NCBI GenBank assembly: GCA_964012805.1
Contig: CAXGUD010000012.1
Location: 1-64,000 of the forward strand
Length of the DNA stretch: 64,000 nt
Source of the DNA: an uncultured Bacteriovoracaceae bacterium
Lineage (GTDB): Bacteria > Bdellovibrionota > Bacteriovoracia > Bacteriovoracales > Bacteriovoracaceae
Reading direction: 5' to 3'
Positions 1-8,965 of this stretch are shown piece by piece. A model generated the notes under the pieces. That model was not told the origin of the DNA. It did not search any database and was given only the letters and a program-made list of their open reading frames with translations. Numbering within the stretch: position 1 is the first letter of the stretch; the number at the start of each line of letters is the position of its first letter. A program made the position numbers and the translations under genes.

Positions 1-77
1 TACACAAGAAGCCCCTTAAACCAAGGTTCACCCTTCATTTAAGAATATGCCTTACCATGATTTTGGTTAAAGTTTGC

Positions 78-120
78 AAAAAAGTAAAAAAAAAAAGTAA
101 AAAAAAAGTAAAAAAAAAGT
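78..120. repeat. Phased A-tract repeat (A6-11 GT) x4
   Basis: A6GT, A11GT, A9GT, A9GT in tandem, about 11-bp period. Confidence 0.8.
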
Positions 121-620
121 CGTAAAAATGAACGTTTACTTATTTAAATAGCTTTAAAATTAATAATTTTTATTGTCTATTTTTTTAAAAAATAATATTT
201 ATTTTTTTAAAAAGGATAAAAAACTACGTCCTCTAATTGTTTCCAATAGATTCTTGATAAGAGGCTTGCTTTTTATCTTGGCTATAAAAGGTCTTTCTTT
301 TTTATTTATTTCAAAAGGTTAGGAAAAACAAAAGCCCTTTTTCTCCACCCTAACCGAACCATTTATTGATTAATCCACAAAATCTTAAGAAAAAAAAATA
401 AAAATATTTAGGCGGGTCTCCAAACGGAAACATTCGGACCTTTACCTGACACATTTTACTCAAATAATGTGAGCTTTTATTTATAAAATCCTCAAAACTG
501 AATACTAAGATCTCTTCTTTATCGATTGAGTTTTACTGTGTTTTATTGATTTTTTGAGTGTGAATTGGGAGATGATAAATGATCCTCTTCCGAAAAAAAT
601 TAGATTTTTTTTCCTAGCCG

Positions 621-2015
621 TTAGTTTATAGGTGACCCAGAATCAATCCAACTTTTAATGACACTTCTTTCTGCTTGAGTAATATTTGTGACGTTACCTG
701 GGGGCATAATATCGGAATCAATGGCCATGGCCTTGATTTTTGAGGAAAAACCTGCAACTAATTTTGCATTATCAAATTTTACTCCTGCTGGAGCCGTTTC
801 AATATCAGGGTATGTCGGGCTTTTCGAGTGGCATGTTGTACAACGTTCTTTTAGGATCGCATGGACATCCTCATATGTGACCTTTTTTTCATAAACCCCA
901 GGCTTTGGGAAATTTAGATTTTCACTTTTATAAGCTTTTCTTATTTTTGCCATGATGAGTGTTGTTTCATCAGAGGTAAAGCTGTTTGTGGCTATGGCCG
1001 CTTTAAGTTCCTTTTTTGTTGGGAGCTCTTTTTGGTGATGACCATGATTATTAAGAGGAGTCATTACTTTATTTATATAGTCTGCAAGTCTATTACTTTT
1101 CAGCGTTGTTGGTTGTGTGACAGGTCTTATAACAAAAGCCAGGGCAAGCATGGCAACTGTTGCACCAGGAAGGATCCAAGTGTTGTAATGTCCTTTATGT
1201 TTAAGATTAAAGTAGTGTCTGACAGAAGCACCAATCAGAGAAATTGATATGAGAATAAGCCAATTAAATTGATGGCCATATGTCATAGGAAAGTGGTTAC
1301 TAACCATAATAAAAAGGGCCGGTAGTGTAAAATAGTTATTATGGAAAGAACGAAGACCTCCAGCAGCTCCCAGGGAAGTGTCAGGTTCCTCTCCCTTTAT
1401 CATCATATCGACCATTTTTCTTTGATTGGGGATAATAACAAAGAAAACATTCGCTGCCATGATCGTTCCAATCATGGCCCCTACATGGAGGTAAGCGGCT
1501 CTTGCACTAAAGACCTCAGTAAAGCCGAAAGCTGCAAAAGAGATAAGAATAAAGCCTATAAAGGCAAAGAGTTTGGGCTTTTTGACAAGAAATGACTTAC
1601 ACATTTGATCATAAATAAGCCAGCCAAGGGTTAAGCTTGCAAGGCTAATTAAGATGGCCTGCCAGGGAAGAAGCTGCATAACGCTATCATCTATCAAGTA
1701 GAGGCTTGCGTTCCAGTAATAAACTATGGCCAGAAGGGAGACCCCTGTAATCCATGTAAAGTAAGCCTCCCATTTAAACCAGTGAAGCACTTTGGGTAAT
1801 TTTTCTGGTGCACCGGAATATTTAAGAACTTGATAAAAATGGCCTCCATGAATGGCAAAGAGCTCTCCTTGTATTCCTTTTTTCTTTTCTTTGGGCGGCC
1901 GGACATTGTGGTTGAGCCAATTAAAATAAAAGGAAGTTCCTATCCAAGCTGCACCAGTGATGAGGTGAAGCCACCTAAATAATAAATTAAGCCAGTCATT
2001 AATATAGCCTTCCAT
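621..2015 (-). CDS. puuD: Urate hydroxylase PuuD (membrane domain plus C-terminal cytochrome c)
   Basis: RWLH..WIGTSFYF, HGGHFY, LHWFKWEAY and HNNYFTLP motifs, multiple TM helices, CTTCH heme motif and distal MPP. Confidence 0.92.
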   Translation of the reverse strand: MEGYINDWLNLLFRWLHLITGAAWIGTSFYFNWLNHNVRPPKEKKKGIQGELFAIHGGHFYQVLKYSGAPEKLPKVLHWFKWEAYFTWITGVSLLAIVYYWNASLYLIDDSVMQLLPWQAILISLASLTLGWLIYDQMCKSFLVKKPKLFAFIGFILISFAAFGFTEVFSARAAYLHVGAMIGTIMAANVFFVIIPNQRKMVDMMIKGEEPDTSLGAAGGLRSFHNNYFTLPALFIMVSNHFPMTYGHQFNWLILISISLIGASVRHYFNLKHKGHYNTWILPGATVAMLALAFVIRPVTQPTTLKSNRLADYINKVMTPLNNHGHHQKELPTKKELKAAIATNSFTSDETTLIMAKIRKAYKSENLNFPKPGVYEKKVTYEDVHAILKERCTTCHSKSPTYPDIETAPAGVKFDNAKLVAGFSSKIKAMAIDSDIMPPGNVTNITQAERSVIKSWIDSGSPIN

Positions 2016-2237
2016 TGTGCTCCCTTCCGAAAAGTGGAGCCCAAAATTCTAAGGAATTCAATATCCTAATGTCAAGTCGCATTGGTATTTCTGAAAGCTC
2101 CTTTATTTTTGTTTATCAAAAGGGGGACTCTTATTTAAGTGATACCTCCCTGAAGTTAATGTGGTTTGAAAAGTTTAGGGGAAGATCACTTAGAAATTTA
2201 GGTCATGAATTTCTATAACTAGGCCATAACCTAAATC

Positions 2238-2265
2238 TTGACCCGCTATTTATATGGGTTATAAT
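2238..2265 (+). promoter_or_regulatory. sigma70-like promoter
   Basis: TTGACC-N16-TATAAT upstream of the ATG at 2330. Confidence 0.6.
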
Positions 2266-2329
2266 CCTCCGCTTTAACTTAAGATATTAAGTTTAATTTT
2301 TTTTGTTTCAAGTGAGGAGACGTTTTAAG

Positions 2330-4621
2330 ATGAGTTTTTTAAGTGAAAAGAAGGTGAGGTCTATGATGGAGCAAAGCCGTGTGGCAGGTCTATCAGTGAC
2401 TTATATGAAAGGGAAACCTTGTGGACTTGATGAAACTTATAGTTGGGGTTTTTCAAACTTGGCAATGAAAGAAAAGGTAACACCCCTTACTCGCTTTCAA
2501 ATGGCTTCTATGACAAAAGTTGTTGCAACTGCTTTTTCCATCCAATTTTTTAATGAAAGGAAAATTAGTTTAGGCTCTCGAGTCAATGAACTTTTAAAAA
2601 ACTATAAAGCCGAATATAAATTAGAATCTGGAGAAGGGTGTGACCCTTTATGGGCCGACGAAGTTGATATAGATCATTTGCTCGACCATACTGCTTTAGA
2701 TCTAAGCTATGTTCCAGGGCACTCTTTAGGAAAGTGTCCTTCTACATTAGACCTAGTTAAAGGAAACGATGGAAATCCAAAAATAAAGCTATTGAGAAAG
2801 CCTGGCAAAGTATTTAAGTTTTCAGGCGGTGGGTTCATTCTTCTCCAATATCTCATTGAGGTTGTTGGAGGGGATTCTATTGAAAAGTTAATGAGACCTT
2901 TTCTTGATAGAATGGGGCTCTCTGATTTTAGATTTTCCCGCGAAGTGGATTCCCCAATCTTTGCAAGAGGTTATAGTGATGACGGATCTCCCATTGAAAA
3001 TGGAGCTTACACATTTCCTGCTTTAGCTGCAGGAGGGGAGTGCACGACAAGGTCTTATGCTCTTTTTCTTTCCCATCTTATAAATGCTTTCCATAATATT
3101 GATGGTTCAGGAGGAATTCATCACAATACCGCCGTTCTTATGTTCCACTCAGAAAGGTGTCAGGGAAGCGTCGACTTTATTGGTGCAAAAATGGGATTGG
3201 GTGTATTTGTAGCGAGAGCAGGCCTTAATAAAATTGCTCTTCATCACGCCGCTAATGATGGATTTCGAAGCCTTTTCTTATGCTGCATAAATGGTCCCAA
3301 TCAAGGAGAGGGGTTTGTTATTGCAAGTAACGGAAGTGACAATGCTATGAAGTTGAATTGTTTTGTTGCCCGTGAACTTTTGATACCATGGCATGGCCTA
3401 AATTTAGGTGACTCTGTTTTAGAAACCAAGGGGCTAGATCCGGAGGAAGTTGTTAGTCAGGCCTTAAAAGAAATGGTCCTTTGTTATTTTCAGGAAATTT
3501 TACCTGAAATGCCTTTTAGAGCAGGGGCCATAGAAAATCGCGCGCACCAAAACATGGCGGTAGGCTCAAAAATAATTCACTGTACAGACCAAAGTTTTGC
3601 AAGGGCCTCTAATTTATTCAGCGATAGGCAACCAGTTTTTGATGCCAATGAATTCGGACGTCAAGGTAAAATTATGGACAGCTGGGAAAGCAAAAGGCAC
3701 AACCCTCAGGAAAAAGAAACGGTTATTTTTTCACTAAAAGAAGCCAGTCAGTTTGACCTCGTTCATATTTCAACTGAGTTTCACAATGGGAATCAATGCC
3801 CTTTTGCAAGCCTTTCTGGCTGGAATGAAAAGGAAAAGGAGTGGGAGGTTATTGTTTCTAAATCCCCCCTCGAGCCCCATTCAAGCCACTGGTTTAAATT
3901 AAAAGAGGGTTCTAAGAAAGTTTGGCGGAAGCTTTCTCTGTCTGGTTACCCAGACGGTGGGATTTCTCGTTTAGGACTCTATAAAAGTAGGGAAGTCAAA
4001 GACCTTCCAGAAAATGTTGTGGAAGATTTAGATAAAGAAGGTTTTTCGATTGAAGCATGTTCTTCCAAGATACCAAAAGGTGAGGAGAAAATTGTTTTAA
4101 GGCCTGAGGATATTGATCCTGAGGTAATCGATAGAAGATGGATGTGTATTAATCAAAAGTCACCCGTTGACGTTTCATCTACTGAATATGGTGGCAAAGT
4201 TATTCAATGCACAGATGAACATTATTCACCAGCTCATCTTATTCTATCAAAGGAAAAACCTATGGGGATGGAAGATGGCCTTGAATCAAGCCGAAGTCGT
4301 GGAAATCATAATGAGGAGGTCATTGTAGGGCTTAAAAAGAAAGCGCTTATAAAAAACTTCGAATTTGATTTTACCTATTTTATTAATAATAGCCCACGGG
4401 AGATTGATATTTATGGTGATGTTGATGGGAATTGGGTGCCGATCGTAAAAAAAATGAGGGTGAAGGCCTGGGCCGGCAATATTTTAAGGCTTAATTGCGA
4501 CTCGATTCAAACGGATAAGGTACGAATAAGGATTTTTCCAGATGGAGGAATTAACCGATTTAAGGTTTTTGGAGTGCCTGCTTTAGAAAAATCTTTGTCA
4601 GACACTTCACGGTTAATGTAA
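2330..4621 (+). CDS. Fusion of beta-lactamase-family serine hydrolase (N-term) and two-repeat allantoicase (C-term)
   Basis: FQMASMTK (SxxK), LLDHT and FSGGGF in the N-term half; DSWESKRH, GNQCP, PDGGISRL, DGLESSRSR and PDGGINRF in the C-term half; GAGGAG RBS before ATG 2330. Confidence 0.85.
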   Translation: MSFLSEKKVRSMMEQSRVAGLSVTYMKGKPCGLDETYSWGFSNLAMKEKVTPLTRFQMASMTKVVATAFSIQFFNERKISLGSRVNELLKNYKAEYKLESGEGCDPLWADEVDIDHLLDHTALDLSYVPGHSLGKCPSTLDLVKGNDGNPKIKLLRKPGKVFKFSGGGFILLQYLIEVVGGDSIEKLMRPFLDRMGLSDFRFSREVDSPIFARGYSDDGSPIENGAYTFPALAAGGECTTRSYALFLSHLINAFHNIDGSGGIHHNTAVLMFHSERCQGSVDFIGAKMGLGVFVARAGLNKIALHHAANDGFRSLFLCCINGPNQGEGFVIASNGSDNAMKLNCFVARELLIPWHGLNLGDSVLETKGLDPEEVVSQALKEMVLCYFQEILPEMPFRAGAIENRAHQNMAVGSKIIHCTDQSFARASNLFSDRQPVFDANEFGRQGKIMDSWESKRHNPQEKETVIFSLKEASQFDLVHISTEFHNGNQCPFASLSGWNEKEKEWEVIVSKSPLEPHSSHWFKLKEGSKKVWRKLSLSGYPDGGISRLGLYKSREVKDLPENVVEDLDKEGFSIEACSSKIPKGEEKIVLRPEDIDPEVIDRRWMCINQKSPVDVSSTEYGGKVIQCTDEHYSPAHLILSKEKPMGMEDGLESSRSRGNHNEEVIVGLKKKALIKNFEFDFTYFINNSPREIDIYGDVDGNWVPIVKKMRVKAWAGNILRLNCDSIQTDKVRIRIFPDGGINRFKVFGVPALEKSLSDTSRLM

Positions 4622-4744
4622 CTTTTGACCAGTATTATATTTTTAATGTTCACTATTTTTCGAGGGAGAAAGGAATGGAACTTTATTCTTTCTTAACCTA
4701 TGAATTCGTACGGTCTTTAATTTAAAAAATTGAAGGAGATTGAT

Positions 4745-5851
4745 ATGCCTTTGGAATTAACACCAAGAACTCTTATGGGCCCAGGTCCGAGTGATGTTCA
4801 CCCCAGAATTTTAGAAGCAGTAGGCAAGCAAACAATTGGACATTTGGATCCACAGTTTGTTGAACTAATGGAAGCGATAAAGTCTCTTCTTAAATATACT
4901 TTTAAAACAAAAAATGAAATGACTTATACGGTTTCAGCACCAGGATCTGCCGGAATGGAAACATGCTTTGTCAATTTGGTTTCACCGGGTGATAAGGTTT
5001 TAGTTTGTATTAACGGTGTTTTTGGCAAAAGGATGTTAGAAAATGTGACGAGAATTGGTGGTGAAGCAGTTGTATTAGAGTTTCCTTGGGGTAGTGGTGT
5101 CGATCCACGAAAAGTTGAGGAAGAGTTAAAGAAAGATCCCGCGATTAAAATTGTCTCCTTTGTTCATGGAGAAACATCAACAGGTGTTTTATCTGATGCA
5201 GAAGCTATTGGAAAAATAGCAAGAGAAAATGATTGTCTTACTATTGTGGACACCGTGACTTCCTTTGTCGGAACACCTTTGGAAGTCGATAAGTGGGGGC
5301 TTGATGCTGTTTATACAGGTTCTCAAAAATGCCTTTCATGTATCCCTGGGTTATCACCAGTAACTTTTAGTGAAAGGGCCCTTGAAAAATTTGATCAAAG
5401 AAAAACACCGGTTCAAAGTTGGTTTTTGGACCTCTCTTTAATTAAGAATTATTGGGGGACGGGCGAAAAAAGAACTTATCACCATACAGCTCCTGTTAAC
5501 TCTCTTTATGCACTTTATGAATCCCTCTTGCTCATTAAAGAAGAAGGACTTGAAAATTGTTGGGAAAGGCATTTTAAAAATCACCTCAAACTAAAAGAAG
5601 GATTAGAGAAATTAAACCTTGAGTTTTTAGTTGACGAAAAAGAGAGGACTCCTCAGCTGAATGCGATAAGAGTGCCGGAGGGGGTAGATGAAGCTAAGGT
5701 AAGGGGAAGGCTTTTAAATGAATTCAACCTTGAGATTGGAGCTGGTTTAGGCCCTTTGGCCGGTAAAATCTGGCGGATAGGCCTTATGGGATATTCTTCA
5801 AGAAAAGACAATATTGACTTTCTTTTGGATTGTTTGAAAAAAGCACTTTAA
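4745..5851 (+). CDS. Alanine-glyoxylate aminotransferase family (class V PLP)
   Basis: LMGPGPS, HGETSTG, SQKC (PLP Lys), YHHTAP, WRIGLMG; AAGGAG RBS before ATG 4745. Confidence 0.9.
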   Translation: MPLELTPRTLMGPGPSDVHPRILEAVGKQTIGHLDPQFVELMEAIKSLLKYTFKTKNEMTYTVSAPGSAGMETCFVNLVSPGDKVLVCINGVFGKRMLENVTRIGGEAVVLEFPWGSGVDPRKVEEELKKDPAIKIVSFVHGETSTGVLSDAEAIGKIARENDCLTIVDTVTSFVGTPLEVDKWGLDAVYTGSQKCLSCIPGLSPVTFSERALEKFDQRKTPVQSWFLDLSLIKNYWGTGEKRTYHHTAPVNSLYALYESLLLIKEEGLENCWERHFKNHLKLKEGLEKLNLEFLVDEKERTPQLNAIRVPEGVDEAKVRGRLLNEFNLEIGAGLGPLAGKIWRIGLMGYSSRKDNIDFLLDCLKKAL

Positions 5852-6046
5852 ATAGGTATTTAAAACAAAAATTTTTTTAAAAGAGATATCAATGTAAGAG
5901 CTTTCTGACAAAAAATTAACTTGGAATAAAAATAGGGAGGGTGTTAGCATCAATCTTTAAGAACTGTTATTGATCTTTTTCATTGGGATTGCAAAAAAAT
6001 GAATTTTTATTTGCTTAAACCTATGAACAAAAAAATGGATCTTTAA

Positions 6047-6547
6047 ATGGCGTTTGGTTTTGAAAGAAAGGTGTGGACACCTACAACAGGTTTGAGGAAT
6101 CTTGCCCTTGTAAAACAGTGCGCAAAAGTGGTTTTTGCCACAGATGATTTTTTTGGGGCCAAAGAAAATCTTATAAGGCCCGAAAAACCTGTCCAAAAGG
6201 AGTCCGGTCTTGATGCTTGGGTTACCAAGAGGAGAAGAGGTCAAGGGCACGACTTTGCAATTATAAGACTTGGATCCATTGGGTTGGTTAAAGAGGTGAT
6301 CGTCGATACAGCTTTTATTGATGGAATGACACCTTCTTTTATTTCTATTGATATCCAAAATAGAAAGGATGTTTCTTTAAATGAAGGGCACTGGACCGAG
6401 GTTCTTCCAATGAAACCCCTCTCATCAAACCGATCTTTTCTTTTAAGGTTAAGCGAATTATATCCGGCACTCTTTGTTCGACTCAATGTCTACCCTGATG
6501 GAGGGATTGCTAGGTTGCGTTTAATGGGAGTTGAGGCCCAAGTTTAA
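6047..6547 (+). CDS. Single-repeat allantoicase-like protein (degenerate)
   Basis: ATDDFFGAKENL, KRRR.GHDFAIIRLG and RLNVYPDGGIARLRL; only one repeat (166 aa). Confidence 0.8.
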   Translation: MAFGFERKVWTPTTGLRNLALVKQCAKVVFATDDFFGAKENLIRPEKPVQKESGLDAWVTKRRRGQGHDFAIIRLGSIGLVKEVIVDTAFIDGMTPSFISIDIQNRKDVSLNEGHWTEVLPMKPLSSNRSFLLRLSELYPALFVRLNVYPDGGIARLRLMGVEAQV

Positions 6548-8728
6548 TTCTTTTTCCAAAAGCGTTACTTCTTCAGGAACTGAATACTTGTTAGGATCGC
6601 TAGCATAGGCTTTTGCCCATGGATCCCTCTCATTTCTTATGAAATCAAAAGTAAAAGGAAGAAGAAGCTCTGTTGCGAATTCACTTGGATTTGGATCAGT
6701 CATAAGTTTCGTGAGTATTTTTATACTGACTAGGTACCATTTATAAGTTTTTTTATTCCATTGAACTTGTATCTTCTTAGTTTCTGTTTCCTGGTTATAG
6801 CGGATAAAATCAATTTCCTCTTTTAGGATTTGATAGAAATCCGCTTTTGAAAAACGTTTGTGGAAAATTTCCGCCCAAACTTCCCAGCGAGACCGCTCGG
6901 TTGTTGCCAAATCATCCATAACTCTTACAAACACGTCCTTTCCGTCCCCATTTTTGAGAGTGGCCGGGAGGGCAACGCAACCATTTCCATTTAACCAATC
7001 GACCAAATACTGGATGACCTGAAAGATATTATAACGTACCTCCTCAGGGTCATTATTTTGGATCGTGCTCGACTTAGTTATAGTTGCCGCTAATAGTTCA
7101 CGGTTAAAAAGAGGGTCGTCTTTTCTTAAGTTTTCATTGTTTTTTTCTGTAACAAAGGTCCATAGATCTTTTTGTTCCTGAGGCATGGAGGGAAGAAGGA
7201 CCTTAATAAGGTTTTTTAGGTCTTTTTCTTTGTTTTCCTTTTTGAGCTTGTTCCAGGCCCAACAAATGGCGATACCTGGTCTCACGAAGTCAGGGTGAGC
7301 AACCCAAAATCCATTAAGACCTCTTCTCAGCTGAATAAGAATATCTTTAATAAAACCAATCATGGCCAGTCTATAAGATTCCCTATTTCCATGTAAAGGA
7401 AGAACCCCATACATACCACCAATAGCAGCACCCCCTTTTTCTCCTACTTCTTTTGCAACTAAGTCGTGGGACGCCTTGATATGTTTAATGACGATATTAG
7501 GATCTGCTTTAACGGGGATTCTATAGAAGGGGTCTAGGCGGAATAGCCTTGCTGTTGAAGCCAAATAATCATGCCAGCCAAGAGATCCACCGGCAAAATA
7601 AGGGTAGAGTTCTTTAATGATTTCTTTAATTCTAAAGATCGCCCTTGGGTTTTCAAAAACAATAAGGACTCTTATTGTCCCTCTTTTATAGCTCGGTTGA
7701 AAATTTTGAATCATTTCTTCTGCGGTCTCAATAAGCTTTTTTAAATAGCGGGCCTCGTTCTCATTTTCCAACTTTGGAAAATAAAATGTAAGTGCTTCAG
7801 GGTTGTTCCAGCAATGAAAAAGGTGCATTCCAAAATCGAAGAGGTGAAGGGGAAGAGGGTTTTCTTTATAAATATGCCCTCCAGAAGGCAGTCCAAACCC
7901 AGGAGGTCTTTTAATCGGCTTCGCTAATTGTTCTTTCTCTATAGAGTAATGTTTTCCACTTTTCTTGTCTTGGTATTTTAGGCTTTTATCAAAGCATTTG
8001 ATTAAATTTTTACAAGCTTCAGAAAATGAATCTATATTAGGCGTTTTAGAATCTTCATCATCGGCGCCCCACTTTGGAAGGATTTTAGATTCGTTTACGA
8101 GTTTGGTAACGAGTTCATGTTCATTTTCATCTTTACGATGCCAAGAGTTCATAGCATTGATAGACATTTTCCGAGTGTCTGAAGGCCCAAACAAGGTGAC
8201 ATGGTGACCTTTTAAATGGGAAGGTAGTTCGAAAATAGCCGTTTCAACAGGCCTTTCGAGGGGACCAACAACTACGTTTTTTTGGGCATCCTTTTTTCCA
8301 ATGATAGTTTCATATTGTTTATCCAAATAAGAAAACTTAAACTCTTTGTTTTTTTTAGACATCTGATTTGTTTGTGTATCAATAAAGTGGCGGTCTTCTT
8401 CTCTCTTTTCAAGGATTTTTCTTAGATCTTCTTTAACTTCATCATAAAGGCGGCATACAAAATAGAGGGCCTCCTCTTGCTCTAAGGGTGATTTTTTTGA
8501 AGTAAGAGGTTTCATATAAAGGCCTGGAATGCTTTTTATTTCAATCATTTCTTTTTTTAGATTTTTTAAAAGGTCACTTGAGATATAATTTGAAAAAGAT
8601 AAAACTGGTTTTTGTAAAGTATATTTAGGAGGACGTGTTTTTTTATCTTTAATATTTTCTTTATCTTTATAAGTGTTTGTATTTTCCATTTTTTTTAGTC
8701 TCTTTAAAAAGGAAAGCGTGTTTGCCAT
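6521..8728 (-). CDS. Malate synthase-like protein (divergent); exact start uncertain
   Basis: ADDEDS, KRPPG, YFPKLE, VFEN, GWHDYL, AIGGM, GFWVAHP and MDDLATTERSR match malate synthase motifs. Confidence 0.85.
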   Translation of the reverse strand: MANTLSFLKRLKKMENTNTYKDKENIKDKKTRPPKYTLQKPVLSFSNYISSDLLKNLKKEMIEIKSIPGLYMKPLTSKKSPLEQEEALYFVCRLYDEVKEDLRKILEKREEDRHFIDTQTNQMSKKNKEFKFSYLDKQYETIIGKKDAQKNVVVGPLERPVETAIFELPSHLKGHHVTLFGPSDTRKMSINAMNSWHRKDENEHELVTKLVNESKILPKWGADDEDSKTPNIDSFSEACKNLIKCFDKSLKYQDKKSGKHYSIEKEQLAKPIKRPPGFGLPSGGHIYKENPLPLHLFDFGMHLFHCWNNPEALTFYFPKLENENEARYLKKLIETAEEMIQNFQPSYKRGTIRVLIVFENPRAIFRIKEIIKELYPYFAGGSLGWHDYLASTARLFRLDPFYRIPVKADPNIVIKHIKASHDLVAKEVGEKGGAAIGGMYGVLPLHGNRESYRLAMIGFIKDILIQLRRGLNGFWVAHPDFVRPGIAICWAWNKLKKENKEKDLKNLIKVLLPSMPQEQKDLWTFVTEKNNENLRKDDPLFNRELLAATITKSSTIQNNDPEEVRYNIFQVIQYLVDWLNGNGCVALPATLKNGDGKDVFVRVMDDLATTERSRWEVWAEIFHKRFSKADFYQILKEEIDFIRYNQETETKKIQVQWNKKTYKWYLVSIKILTKLMTDPNPSEFATELLLPFTFDFIRNERDPWAKAYASDPNKYSVPEEVTLLEKELNLGLNSH

Positions 8729-8965
8729 TACCGTTTAATATTCTAATTACTCATTCAATAACTAATCCAAGCAGCAAGTAGTACATAGATTTTTTACTTT
8801 TACAAGTAGGACTAAGGTTGTTTCTCAAGTCGCTTTCATTAAAAATTCTTGACAAGTATTGATTTCAAAGTAAAGATTTCTTCCCTTTAAAAAATAGAGC
8901 TTTTTTAATAAGGCCCTTAACTATAAGACCGTTGCAGCGGAATAGAAAAATAAGAGGTGATAAGA

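Noticed and set aside
1..40. CCTTAAACCAAGGTTCA resembling part of 6S RNA, or a minus-strand gene start MKGEPWFKG
   Set aside because: Cut by the window edge; too short to support either reading
2016..2329. Purine or xanthine riboswitch between puuD and the fusion gene
   Set aside because: No recognisable aptamer consensus; only a sigma70-like promoter is visible
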